From positions 9,868,698 through 9,932,697 of the forward strand of contig OZ037765.1 in assembly GCA_964035545.1 (NCBI GenBank): DNA of 64,000 nucleotides, written 5' to 3'. The notes under the pieces are model-generated. The model was not told the DNA's origin. It saw nothing but the letters and a program-made list of their open reading frames with translations, and made no database searches. A program made the translations under genes and the position numbers. Below, piece by piece: positions 43,704-57,544 of the stretch (its first letter is position 1; each line of letters starts with the position of its first letter). Source of the stretch: Bugula neritina. Its lineage: Eukaryota; Animalia; Bryozoa.

Positions 43704-44929
43704 ACCTCCTGCCTGTAATCACATACCCTAATTTGAAATTACATAATATTGTACATAAAAATACAAATGCAAAAATTTCACAAACATAAAATATATTATC
43801 TATCGATTCACACTCTGCAATGAAACATAAGCTCTACAGCAAATATTTATATAGCTTATTACTGTAATGTAAAATCATAACGCAGTGTATAATTTGCTAT
43901 TATTACTTATATTACATATATATCTTGATTTTGTTATCAACAGTTTGACACATATATTCTTCCTAGCTTTTTGAATTGCACTATAACTTTATAAAATCTA
44001 AATAATAATTGAAGCAAACAGCACAGTAAAGAGAATTAGACTTGCATTGGAAAGCTTTATATCATCAAACATGAATTTGGTTTAATGAAAGCACATATCT
44101 TTTTTTAGTTCAAAGATGCAAATGTAGGCTTTTAAACTGCAAAATATTTCACTCATAAGCATGGGTTGTTATGACATGCATACATGTTACATTGGTGGGC
44201 CGTTTCAAGACTTTTTGTTTTCTGTTCAATTTAGTTGCTTCTATTTTCTGACCAGAGCCTTACTTACACAGCTTTGTTGAACTGTTTATTAGCTAAGAGC
44301 CAAAAGCTAGCTGCATGGCAGTCGTATCTTATCCTAATTTTTATCCTTCCTTTGAGCCTATTTATGTTGCAGTAGTAATGTTGCAAAATGAAATAGTAGC
44401 ACCATAAATTACTGCTATTGAGTCACTTTTTTATCATGTAGGCAGTATCGATGATTTCTAGTTGTACTTGACCAAGATTGCTACCACGTAATCAGTAATT
44501 CACTAATTCAGTAATTGAAATTTCAAATTCATGGCATGTAGTTGTACTTTGCAAGAAAAATAATTACACAGCTACCAGTACCAGATTAAGATAAATGATA
44601 AAATGCTAGGATAAGTAGTTAGTAGTTATTAATAATAATCCAAATATAAACATCAACTGTAAACTGCAAAGCCAAATTCAAAAGTAAGAGCAAATGCAAT
44701 AGCCAATACTTATACTCATAAATCATCCTGATACTGAAAGTGAAACTGAAAGTGAAAGTGAATACAAACCATCTTAGCTTCACTTTCGGATAACTCTAAC
44801 TGCTACCAGAATAACGATGATGTCAGTAATTTGACAAGAGAACAGGTGTTGTTTTAAGTATAATGTAGTTATTATGTTTTCAAATGTATCAGTTGCTGTT
44901 ACTAAAGTTGACTTAATTAACACTTGCTT

Positions 44930-45720
44930 CACCTAGCCAAATGCAACCATGGATCAACTATGTACCTAGCAAAATTAAAACACAGATGTCATGTGACAAA
45001 ACGGAAACGATAAACCGGTTCCGCCAAAACTAATTTACTATTGGTTCGGAAACTAAGTTATGTCAAAATTACTTTTTTATGATTTTAAAGCACAAACTTT
45101 TTTTAATGTAAAAAAATGCAAATAAAAAACAGCAAAATATATATGTGATTTAAAAATATTTGCAGAGGTATCCGCACTTCTTTTGCAAATAGTCTTTGCC
45201 TGGGTACCAATTATTAAACTCAATTTTCAAGAACGGGTTAGAAACTGGATCGATTATGTGTTCCGGCTAAATGATGCAGATATGTGTTGCCACAAACTTT
45301 AGGGCTACTGTTGCTAAGCAAAAGCATCATTAGCTTATTCTATATATTTTTAAAGGGGTTATTATTAAATTTCATTTGTTTATTTTGTTGAACCAAATTA
45401 TAATTTTTAGAATTTAAAATAAATTTAAATTTTAAATATAATAATTAGTAATTATTTATAAATGTAAAATGCAAGTTTTGTGACATAGTATATTATCATG
45501 CAATATCAATGCACAAGCAGTACCACTATAATATTCATGCTGATAAAAAACAGATTTGTGGCGCGAAATTTGTAGCGACGTGATCCTTGTTGCCCTTTGT
45601 CAGCAGTGTTTCGTAAGGTTTAAAACTGGTATATAAGCTGTTAGGTATACTAGTGGTATTACAAAGCTTTGTATTCAACCGACCCTACAAGTGCGGGAAA
45701 ATTGTAATAATAATAACTGT
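44930..45720. promoter_or_regulatory. Divergent promoter region for ATP6V1A and RRM2
   Basis: M-box GTCATGTGAC (44988-44997) on the ATP6V1A side; E2F sites TGGCGCGAAA (45559-45568) and GCGGGAAA (45693-45700) on the RRM2 side. Confidence 0.7.
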
Positions 45721-45749
45721 CTGTTTTATACGTTTCATCCATTTCTAAA

Positions 45750-48700
45750 ATGCTTCAAGCCAGATCACAGAATGAGAATACTTCATCGACATCTGATTCT
45801 GACTGTGTTGTCAACGGGAAGTTAACAGATAAGATAAAGAACACAGCATTAGCCCAAAAGCCAAGCATGCAAAAAAGTTCAAAGCTCAACAGTTACAATG
45901 GATATAATGATGAAAATCGGGTATGATTATAGTTACAGTTAAACTTAATCATAATGTTGTTGAAATATTTCAATTTCAATTTGGTCCCAGAAGTCTAAGT
46001 TTAGCTTCAGTGTAAGTCTTTCATTATCATTATGATTATAATTGATAGCAATGACAATCACAATGGTAGTGATAGTGATTGCCATTATCATTATGATTAT
46101 ATTTAATAATCATATTAATTCAAATTGTGAAGAATATTATAGTTTTAATTATCATTATGTAGTTTTTAGAACTATGACATTGACTCAATCACTATCAGTC
46201 AATGAGTATGAACTATCACTATAACTATGATAAATCATAATTTTCAATTTAATTGTATGATTATCTTAATTATTCACATTGACTTCGATTCAATCATTGA
46301 TATTGAACAGTGTAATAATTTTCACGAATTATCCTGTAAGTTTGATTTCATGTTCATGCTGAATTTTAATTTTATAATTATATTAATTATAAGTATGAGA
46401 ATAATAATTTAAATTATTAGTATGACATTATAATTATTGGAAAACCCGTCCGCAACAGACAACATAGATTTAGAAGAGGCGGGTCTTGTGAAAAGCAACT
46501 CTGCGCCACATACCATGAACTAGCAAAAACTAACGAAACAACTAAAGCGACACATGCTCTGGTACTTGATTTTAAAAAGGCCTTTGACAAAGTGCCTCAT
46601 GCTTTACTAATGTAAAAGTTGAAACTAATACCAGAAATACATCCACAACTGGTAAACTGGATTCAATGATCTCCCACTAAATTTAAACTGATGATATGCT
46701 TATGTATCAGACTGTTAACACAAAGGAAGACGCTGTAAGATTCCAGGGCAACACAAATGGTCAGTTGATTGAAAAATGCCTTTCAACGAAGGTAAATGCA
46801 AAATCATAGCGTTTGGCAATCAAAATTACATACCTCTGTACAAGCTAGGTGAAGTAGAGATGGATTGGGTAGACACAACAACATACTTGGGGGTTGTCAT
46901 GTCAAACCTTAAATTTGGTAAGCATATTACATTTAAAAAAGGATAAGGCCTGAAAAATTCTAGGAGCAATTAAAAACGTTCTAAAGAAGGCCCCTAGAAA
47001 AAGTAAGCTACTGGCTTACACTAGTCTGTGCTGTCCCATTCTCGAGTACGCAGATACCGTGTGGGATCCAACATTAGCTAGACGTTGAGTCTCCGGAAAT
47101 GTTACAGCACAGGGCAGTGAGGTTTATTGCTGGATTAAAGGCACAAGAAAGTGTCACCGAGATTGCTAAAATATGGCAATAACCACTATTTCTGCTGTCC
47201 GTGGTGAACTAACATCCATTTATGCAAACTCACAAATATACCATAGTAGCTTCTTTCTAAGAACCATTAGAGACACCAGAGGGTCCGTATAACAAAGAAA
47301 ATTAACACAATTACCACCTAACCTTTAGCCGACACTGTGAAACAAATGAGGCACTTCTATAACCTTGAGTGTTTCCAAGTGTTCTATGTCTTCAAAGGTA
47401 TTCAAAAACATTATTGTTGTTTGATAGCTAATGCAACAATGGCCATGGGACTCATTAAAGTCAATTTGCAACTGTTAGTCCTGATCTCATTCTGGGATAG
47501 AAATATACTAGAAGCTATATTATGTTTATTGTGATTATTACGAATTTGTGTTATCATTACGATTATAATAATTGGCTTAATCATGGGTATATCAATATGA
47601 ATACTAATAGCAATCACATATTAGTAAAATACTGCTATAGCATATTAGTCTCTATGGTTCCCCTTTCAAAAGTGTTTTTGACGTCCATTTTTATCACTGC
47701 TCGGAAATAAATAGCTAATTTTTAAACGTGATTATAGTTTCTCTTCTGGTTACTGAAGAATTAGTCTTGTTATTCGAAAAGCTTTCATAAGTTTGGTCTG
47801 CTTTCATCAAAAAGTGCTCATGTCCACAAATTCAGCAAATATGCTGTAATAAGATCGTTAATGTTGCTGAATATGATTTTGTAATGATAGGAAAAACCTT
47901 TCAGCAGTACAATGTGAAACTGGTGGTTGCTACAATCTAAAGGATTCTTGTTTGATTTGCTAAAATGGTTTATGCTGGTAAAATGCTATTACAATGAATA
48001 TTTATTGAAAGGTACTTGAGATTAAATGCTATTTTTGACTATAACTTATAAATGATGTAGTAGCTTGATCATTTTAAATAGTTTTTACAAATTGCTTTAA
48101 CTTTAGCTTACTAGTAGTTTTTTTGATGTGTTCTGGTATTTCAACTGTTGAAAAATCCCGTATTAAGCTTGTGTTAATGCAAATTTGTTTATTTTTAGGA
48201 TCCAAAGAATGCGACAAGCAAGCCCAATAAGGTTTGGAAAAAAATCTTTATTACAAATTTTGTTTGTTTTAAAAACAACGGATGCATTATGGCTGTTTTT
48301 TAGTTTACCTAAATGTTGTGTTGGAAAATGTTTTTAAAAACTGCTCTTCAAATTCAATCTCATTTTAGGTTGAGGAAGACCAAGTTGTAAAGAAGAAATA
48401 TGTGGACGATGAGCCTTTGCTGCGGGAAAACCCAAACCGATTTGTGGTTTTTCCTATTCAGTATCACGATATATGGGCGTTTTATAAGAAGGCGGAGGCT
48501 TCTTTCTGGACTGCTGAGGAGATAGATCTCTCCAAGGATATTGCTCACTGGGAGAAGTTGAAAGACGAAGAACGACATTTCATCTCTCATGTTCTTGCCT
48601 TTTTCGCTGCTAGCGATGGCATTGTGAATGAAAATTTAGTGAGTGTGTTACTTATTGAGAAATATTTTCACTTGGATGTTGTAGATTATAGAATATATAA

Positions 48701-50431
48701 TTGCATGGTTGATAGTCCAATTCCATTAAATTGATCGTAAATTTATACTTGGTCAAGCACTTTTTGGTGTTGGGTGAGAATTTTTTCAAAGCAGTGCTAG
48801 GCACTAACTAGCTATGTACTGGTGTTGAATAGGTGGAAAGGTTTAGTCAAGAAGTGCAAGTAACTGAAGCCAGATGTTTCTATGGGTTTCAAATCGCCAT
48901 GGAGAATGTTCACTCCGAGACATACAGTCTACTTATAGACACTTTGATCAAAGATCCCAAAGAAAGGTCAGTGTTACTTCACGTCTGCAATTGTCAATTT
49001 AGTAGAATGTAGATCTCTCACAAGTTGCTTTTGAGAGAAGAGTTAAAAAACTTGTTTGTGTGTTACCTCAGTTCATTGTGATATTACTATAAATGTTGCT
49101 GTTATGAGTGTCTTAGAAAAAGCCTTTGCTGACTAGGCTGTCAACTATTCTATGTTGTGTTTTGTTTTTCTATTCTGGCAGAGACTATCTGTTCAATGCC
49201 GTCGAGACCATGCCAGCTGTGAAGAAGAAAGCTGATTGGGCACTGACGTGGATCAGCGACAAAAATGCTTCCTTTGCCGAAAGAGTGATTGCGTTTGCTG
49301 CCGTTGAAGGCATTTTCTTCTCCGGATCATTTGCTGCCATTTTCTGGTTGAAGAAGAGAGGTGTGATGCCAGGACTGACCTTCAGTAATGAGCTAATCAG
49401 TCGAGACGAGGTATACATTGAGATGTGTGAGGAGGGGCTGGTGTAAGAGGGAGAAATTGAAATACCACAAACACTGATTAGTTATGCAAATTACTTATTG
49501 TTTTTACTGAAAATGTAGTGAGATGAAGCTGGTAATAGGTGCTAGCATACTTGTTCATTGGTAAAATTTATGTGTAAAGCCCATTCATCACAAACTATTG
49601 TTTTCCTCTTTCAATTTTTTGAGGAAGCTGTAAGTAGTTTCTATTACAACATTGAGCCTCAATTTGAAATGAGCTGGACTGGCTGTCCTTACTGTATGTT
49701 TTAAATCTCTGCAGGAAAATCATTATTCTCAAACAAGTATAACTAATGTATTGCATGTTGTAGGGATTGCACTGTGACTTTGCCTGCCTCATGTTCAAAC
49801 ATCTGGTGCATAAGCCAAGTGTTGAAACTATTACAAGTATCATCCAGGACGCTGTAGAGATCGAGGTGGAATTTCTCACGGATGCTCTGCCCGTCTCGCT
49901 GATTGGAATGAATAAGGGTCTCATGAGACAGTATATTCAGTTTGTGGCCGACAGACTTCTCGTCGAACTTAATTGTCCCAAGGTTTGTGTCTCAACGATT
50001 GTCTCCCTCGCAATCTGTTGTAATTGTCTCCCTCGCAATCTGTTGTAATTGTCTCCCTCGCAATCTGTTGTAATTGTCTCCCTCGCAATCCGTTTTAATG
50101 TCAATGGAAATCATTATTTTATGGGCATTGCTTCTGATCAATCTGTTCATGCAGGTAGTGCCACTGAAGTTCACTTTTTCCCTTATTGGTATTTATGTTG
50201 AGGTGTGTTCTAATCAGCAAAAGCTTTTGATGCTATGACACCGAGTTATTTGTTCCATTGCAGGTGTGGAAAGTAGAAAATCCTTTTGACTTTATGGAGA
50301 ATTTGTCCCTAGAGGGTAAGACTAACTTTTTCGAGAAGCGGGTAGCTGAATACCAGAAACTGGGTGTAACCACTTCTAACAGCGCAGGAAACAGCTCTGG
50401 TCATGATTTTTCACTTGACGAAGATTTCTAA
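45750..50431 (+). CDS. RRM2: Ribonucleoside-diphosphate reductase small subunit (R2), 7 coding exons
   Basis: Exons approx. 45750-45920, 48199-48231, 48370-48639, 48833-48966, 49182-49410, 49764-49982, 50264-50431; [66 protein letters not shown]-terminal FSLDEDF. Confidence 0.98.
46438..47400 (+). mobile_element. 5'-truncated, decayed CR1/L2-group LINE (RT and C-terminus) in RRM2 intron 1
   Basis: Broken frames read [78 protein letters not shown], with stops and deletions. Confidence 0.9.
49998..50092 (+). repeat. 25-bp tandem repeat x4 just after an RRM2 donor
   Basis: ATTGTCTCCCTCGCAATCTGTTGTA repeated; donor at 49983. Confidence 0.95.
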
Positions 50432-51089
50432 CTTGCATGCATATAAATCATTTGCAATATCAAGTGTGCCATGTTACTACAGGATAATTAGAATTCTGAC
50501 TTTAAAGATATTACGAAATTTTATTAACTGTAGAATAGCTTTGATGAACTTTATTATATAATGTTATTTGAGCAATACAATAATTGTGTGTTAGCATGTG
50601 CTACAATCACAATGGCCATTTTCAACTTGTGCAATAGAATTCATTTGATGTCATAGTTACAACTTCAACTTCTGACCTCGTTTTAACAATTATAGATTAT
50701 ATTTTATGCTTTATGTTATTTAATCTCCTGTATTTAAATATTTTTACATAGTCTGCATTTCCATTTTATTTGTAGTTTTGACTTCATTCTACATTTTAGT
50801 TTGATGAGAATTTCATTAGTATAATTTTTCCTCCTAATATTTATGTAAAATAAAAATAACAAACTAATTTGTTGCTAACCAATTACATGGCATATGTCTT
50901 TTAACTAATAATGTAATGCAAGAAGCTCACAATTTTCACTATTCTTAGTTGGATATTCTAATTTTTCAACTTCACCTGTGATTCTGAAAATGTAGATCGT
51001 TTCGAGGTACCAAAAGTAGAGTATGTACCAAACTTATTTTGTTTTAGTTGTGCTTATTTGTACTATAAATGAGTGGGTGGTTACCCATC

Positions 51090-51500
51090 AACAAAGGTAC
51101 ATTGAGTCACATCTTGGGATGACAGTCCTGCAAAACAATGTGTCTGAGACTTCCATCTCGCTGTGGTCCGTATCCCTTTATAGGAAGTTCCAAAATTTCA
51201 CTCCAACTTTATTGTATATATCCCTCAGCTTTTTCATCTTTCCATGGCAGAAACTTATTTTCGCCAAATATTTATTGTCTGAAGTTGTATGCTCTATCAA
51301 ACCACTTAGTGTAGCTTTCCCATGTATATGAGAAACCAGCTCTAGTTCAGCTCTTCATGTATTCCTTGCATTCATATTCTAATCAGTTCCTTTCAACTAA
51401 TTCTTTAAACACATCTCTGCGGCATCATATGCTTCTGCATGCTGGGCCATGAGTCTCAACTTTATATGTGTTAGTGCAGTAACTTTTGTGTAATACTCCT
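51090..51500 (-). mobile_element. Highly decayed LINE 3' fragment, RTE-like
   Basis: Frame-hopping minus-strand peptides DAAEM, RIS*KE, RAELELVSHI, KWF, DNKYLAKI..GKM and LRHIV follow the order of RTE ORF C-terminal motifs. Confidence 0.4.
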
Positions 51501-52397
51501 AAAATATAATATAAATCTTCCTATCTACCCTAAGCAATCTCTATTCATCCTGCTAATTTTGTAATGTGCATTGCTTACTTGCATTTGATAACTTGTATGT
51601 AGGCTCAATAAAGAAAGCAGGTTAAAAATGTGTCATTCAAAGATTAGTGCACATTAAAAACTTGTGTAGCCGCAAGTTACATAATATGTGCAACATGACA
51701 GTAATGAACAAACTATGTACACCTGGCCTGCATTAATCTGCATTTTCAAATATTATGTTCACACAACCTCGAAAACTAAAAGAATTCTTCTGCATCATGC
51801 TGTGCTCTTTGTAGGCTAACAAAATGGCTCCATGCAACTTTTTTGCCGAAAATTGGTCATGTTAGGCCAACATGTTTGTCAGATTGCTATAGTCTGTATT
51901 TGGAAGGCTTCAAAAAGAATTGCCACGCAATGAATACTTATATTTTCATAACAAAGATTGAAGAACATTTCATATTGTCAATACCTTGTATGCCATACAG
52001 TTCGAATTCCAAGCAATTTTTGTTAGTAGCATTGTGAAGGCAATGTATTTTATGGGTCTGTTCTTTAAAAAATGTTCAACTTTTGTTGTGTTTGTTGTGT
52101 CAATGTAGTTTCTATTCAAACGCTGTGCTCAACATGCAAATTTGTCTGTGCAAGGATAAAAAGAACTTTATTAGGATTCAGTTGGAAACTAATTTTAACT
52201 TGTTCTAAGAGCTAAATATTTAGTAACCAAAGACCACACACACGCGCACACGCACATTATGTATAATTATTATTATAATTAAAGTCCATATTATTAGCAA
52301 ACTTGAAGTTATTACAATCCTTTGCATGATATAAATTATTCCACCAGGCAAAATGGCAATAAGAAAGTACAGTTTTATTTCTCTGATACGTTAAGAA

Positions 52398-52739
52398 CAG
52401 GGCTTTCCAACAGGTGGCCCCAGGGCTGCATGCGGCCTCTAGTCTATATTTATGTGGCCTTCAAAGGCATAGCAAACAAAATTATTTTGAACGCATATAA
52501 TATGAATTACAGTAAAAAAAGTCACCTTTCAAATGTTTTATTTATATACATGCTAAAACATGGAGTCTGCAGCTGGGACTTCGTTGTGTAATGATTTATC
52601 GAACTTTGGAATAACGTCATTTGAAAAATAATGATGCTGTGGCCCCCCAGCTCAAACTGAATTTTACATTATTATGTGGTCCTCACACTGGAATATTCTA
52701 GTTCAGTAGCCCTCGCTCCGAAAAGGTTTGACACCCCTA
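52398..52739. mobile_element. hAT (Charlie-like) non-autonomous element / MITE
   Basis: Termini CAGGGCTTTCCAAC ... GTTTGACACCCCTA; subterminal TGTGGCCC motifs; 8-bp TSD GTTAAGAA / GTTTAGAA (7 of 8 match). Confidence 0.8.
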
Positions 52740-53069
52740 GTTTAGAACAAAGTCTACTTTATCCTAATGCAAAAAGTAGACAACTTTTAAATGAGACTGG
52801 CTTGACACTTAATAGGTAGGTCAAAAGGTTCTCAAATACCGAAACAATGATTGGACGCGTTGAAGTCGTTTGATGTATCAAACCTGCTTATGATTAGACA
52901 TCAATGAATATATCGAGAAAATAAAAGCAACTCGCTACACGAACCTTAGATTCTAGCTTTGCATAAACATAAGTTTTGTCGTGTGTAGCTGTTAGCAGCC
53001 GTTAATAAATGCTGTTTTTCTTCTAATTTTTTCTAACACTTGTCCGAAGTGGAAAATAGTTGAAAATAA

Positions 53070-54030
53070 TCTACAGCTAGTACTACTGGCATTACTCAAC
53101 AGTCTCAACTTGAAGTTAATTTTAATAGTGTTACTGTTACTTACACTTACAATAAATACTAATTAAAATTTTCTTTAATTTTAGTTTTACAAACTGAAAT
53201 TGGTGAAAGTCTGAGTTACACTAACTGAGTAACTTTAACAGTAACAGTCTCGTAACACTAACAGTAACACTAACAGTAACAGTAACTACTAACTAAGTCT
53301 AACTAATAAACTACGTCTACTAACTTTAAGTAGTAACTCTAAGTAAACTCTAGGAGCTCAGTCATAGTCATACTCATAGTGACACTGAAAGTGATTGGTC
53401 ACTGTGACAGTGACGTACTGCCTGGGTGACTGTAAGCTACACTTTTTGACTTAAAGTTAATCACTTAAGTCTTCTACTACTAATACTACTACTAGTACTT
53501 TTAGTTTTACTTTTAGTCTTTCACTTTGACTTACACTTACTGTTTGAGTTACTCACTCTAAATTACTCGTAGTCGCACTAATACTATTTCAATTTGTGAC
53601 TTGCGGTTGCTAATGTTGCTATTGGGCAAAAAAGTCACAATCACTTTGTCACAATGAGTCAATAAAACTTGTGGTTGGCTTGTTTTTTAAATAATTCATG
53701 TTATAATTTTTTAATATGAGTGTCAATGACATTGATATCGATTGAAATTTAGCCTAAGCATTGTGATTGTTTTCAGTTTTAATTTTTGCTATCGAAACCA
53801 AAGTAAAAATATGTTTGAAATTGAGTTTTAAGATCGACAAACTCAAAGGAAGTTTCAGTTTGCTAGTAATTATCATATCAACTACAACCTCCAACCAGTG
53901 ATCAAAATCAACATACAATCAAAGTCCAAAGAGAATAGAGATCGATAGTTATGAAAAACAGCTCAGAACTGAAACAAAAGGAAAGCAACTAAATATTAAG
54001 TGACCTAAACTTCAAGTTCAAGTGGAGTTT
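53070..54030. repeat. Degenerate hexamer-periodic quasi-palindromic tract upstream of the tetraspanin ATG
   Basis: AACACT AACAGT AACACT AACAGT AACAGT; AGTCAT AGTCAT ACTCAT AGTGAC ACTGAA AGTGAT; ACTTTT AGTTTT ACTTTT AGTCTT. Confidence 0.85.
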
Positions 54031-54106
54031 TGGTTATACCAAAAATAGCTTTATTTACCGATCACATATTAAAGTTTGCTTTCAACAAATCATATATATT
54101 ATCGGT

Positions 54107-57100
54107 ATGGCAGAAAGAGATGGTATTACAGCACTCAAGTGGTGTTTGTTTGTTGGAAATATGTTTTTATGGGTAAGTATTAAATTTAGCTACTCATAAG
54201 CCTTAAATGTGCCATCAAGTAAGATTTTTTTAGGTTTAGATGTCATGTTCTATTCTTAAATATATGTTTTAATAAGATTGTGTGTCCTAAATTACCTTTT
54301 TATCAAAAATGTTTCCTTCACAAAACTAAGAAACAATTCAGAAAAAAATCAACTAAATAGTTGGCTAAATATGTTTTACCTAATGAGGTTTTCAGGCTAA
54401 ATTAGAAATTTGGCTAAGCATTAATGGTATATGACAATAGTGAAAAAAAAAATGTTCTACAGTAAGACACTTGAACCATGAGCAAAGGGCCTACATTTTT
54501 ATGTGAAACTTGTATATTAATAATATTTATGGTTGTTTTTGAATGTTTGTTAAGCGTTTTCAAATACTATAATATCAGCCTGTATTATGACTGTAATTGT
54601 GTAAGGTGTAAAGTAATAATAATCCACTTGTTACTGGATAGTCATATTTGTAGCATTTACTTGTGTACGGTGTTTTAACAGATTTTAAATTTGAATCTGA
54701 GTTTTGAACCAGGATGGGGAGTAAAAATGTTCTCATTATTTTTAAATGCTTTTCTTATGAAAACAAACTTTGCCATCTGCCTATGTTGACTCTGAGCTAC
54801 TTTTTTTCTGACTTAAAACCAGTGTGTTTTTCGAAAAATGAAAACTAATTATAAATACTTTTCGAAACAACTATAATTGATTATCAATTATATATGATGT
54901 TAATAATAAACAACAATTAGCTTTCTGTTGAAATATCAGCTAATATTATTCAATAATAGCCATTTCTCTATGCGTACTATGCTTACATATTCTTTAACTA
55001 GCTCTTTCCTTTTTTATTTAAAATTTAGCTCTTTGGGATTGGAGTTTTGGTGTTTGCTATGTGGCTGATATTTGACTCAGGAAATGCGGATGCTCCAGAG
55101 AAATTAGATCAGAACATCCAAAATCTATCTAAAAACTTGGCTTACTATTATGGTGCTGTATATATATTAATTGGAGCTGGTGTAATCTTGCTCTTTGTTG
55201 GAGTAATTGGCTGGTTGGGAGCTCTCAGGGAATCCGTGTGCATGTTAACTGGTGTAAGTGCTTTGGTAGTAGTGATTCACTTTTACTACTTGGAGTATAC
55301 TGTAGTATGTTCTTATAGTAAAGCTATCCCTAATATTGGCTAATGTTAAATGTCTTTTCAATAAATAACTGTGCCGGAGTCACTGGTAAAGGCAATCATG
55401 GTTAACTTTATGAAGCATAAAGAGAGACTTTCAAAAATATATAACGTATCAAATATTTTTAGCTATTGATTAAATTTTTGGTAGCAATCTTAAAAAGTTT
55501 GGAGACAAGTTCTTCCCTCAATTTTATTTTTAATGTAATCTATGCTTTGCTAAGGTTTGTGCAGTACTGCACATTGTAAACTTGAAAACTGTTTTATTGT
55601 TTATTTATGTTTTAGTATTCCATAATATTGGGGATAATATTTCTGTGTCACGTTCTATCGGCGGCCCTTTGCTATTCATACAGGCTTACTGTAAGTATGT
55701 GTGTCTCAATCTGAAAATATAAACTGTGTTTTATCACTTTAAACTTTATATTAAAAATCTAAATTTCTACTGTTACGACTTATAGATACAACAGGCAATT
55801 AGTGAAAGCATACAAGAGGTAGTCCAGGAAAAATATGGCGATGTTTCTTCTTATTACAGAGAGACACAAATTATTGACTACATCCAACGGAGGGTTGGTT
55901 TATTTTTATATTAGTACGATATTCTCTTGAAACACTCAGTGAAAACTGTATTTACAGTTCACTTCCCCACATGAGCTTAAACTCTTGCATAGCAATTCTA
56001 TTATTTTCACCATGCATTTTTAGTATAACAATTATGCATATTTTTGAAATAATAAATTATTTTTTTCATACGGCATGCTCAGTATTTGCCTTGTTCTATA
56101 ATAATTCAGCTTTCTTCCAAGTACACGGTAGCTCCTATGTATGACTTTAAATAGTCAAATATTTTTTCGTAGCCTCATAACCTTCACATTACATTCCATG
56201 CTGGCTGTTTCAGTTCAATTGTTGTGGAGGAGTTGAATATGAAGACTGGGCTAGTTCTAAGTGGAAAGACAGGCCAGAGTACCTTATAGACGAGGTTGTA
56301 CCGGCATCATGCTGCTTTGGGTCAGGGGGTCTTGAAGTTATATGCCCAACGTATTCAGCTATTCTAGGAGGAAAGAATCCTTATCTTCATCAAACTGTAA
56401 TTATGCTCTTTACGTTATGATTAATCTATATTTTATTTAGTTCTGTTGGAAGACCTGGTGGAGTAAGTAGTTTGTTTCAAATGTTGCTTTTAAATGTCTA
56501 TCTTTTACAAACCAGTATATTTACTGTGTAAAACATTGATGTTTCAAAAATAGCTAGAAAAACCAATAATAGACGCAATATCTGAGACATAAATGAAACG
56601 AAGTCGTTTTTATAGCTGGATGCAAACAGTTTATAATTTCTATTTATCGTTAATGTGAATTTATGGTGGTTTGTTACTTCAGGAAGAACTGCTTCTTGTC
56701 CCTTGAGCTTCAATTTATTCCCCAACAGTTTTTGGCCATTAGAAACTCGTGTTTCCCCTATATAATAATACCCTATATTATTTGAAGGGTTGTGGAACCA
56801 AGATCAAGCGTCGTATTGCAGACTATATTGTAGGCATTACAGCTGGTGGGTTCAGTGTGGGGGCCCTAGAGGTGAGCATTTTTCTGTTTAAACATTGCGG
56901 TTCAGCCATCAGTACCTTGTTTAAAATGAACAAAAGTGGAAAAGTATTTACAGTTAATTTTGTAGTTTGACAATTTCATACTTGTAATTGAGCTTACCTC
57001 AACTTATTTTTCAATTTAAATTTCAAGATCTTTGTCAGTTTTATATACTGGCTAGACTTCTACTTGTTGCAGGGCCAACATCATATTAGTAGTAGATCAA

Positions 57101-57224
57101 AGTCGTTATCTAAAGTCTAGACAGTTGCTAATTTTTCGTTCTTTTTGTCTTTCAGCTATTGGCTGTGATTTTATCAATTGTCATGGTGAAGAAACTCCAA
57201 CAAGAAGACAATAAAATCTACTAA
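54107..57224 (+). CDS. Tetraspanin family protein, 7 coding exons
   Basis: Exons approx. 54107-54172, 55029-55253, 55616-55690, 55786-55873, 56214-56396, 56788-56871, 57156-57224; four TM segments, GWLGALRES, large loop with FNCCG, VPASCC and terminal GC; ends EDNKIY*. Confidence 0.93.
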
Positions 57225-57544
57225 TCTTTTTAAATATACAGTACTTTTTCTTGTCATCATACAGAACAAGCAAACAACATACGTTCCAATTATTTTAAAA
57301 TATATTTTTTATTTTAATATAATATTGTACAGAAGTTTTTAAAAAAGCTATGTCACCCCTATATTTTCTGTGCTTTTGATATTCCATTTTTTATTCACAT
57401 TGTCAGTATGATTTCACATAACGATATTTACTTATGCCACCTTCATGCTTATTATAATATAATATAAAATATTCTCTTCATTTTATTGTGTTGCACACAC
57501 ACACTTAAACTCAAAACACAATTCTTAGATGTAGCATAAATGTG

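Noticed and set aside
51023-51331. 102-aa + strand ORF as a novel gene
   Set aside because: No recognisable motif or splice context; it lies antisense to a probable decayed RTE-like LINE fragment.
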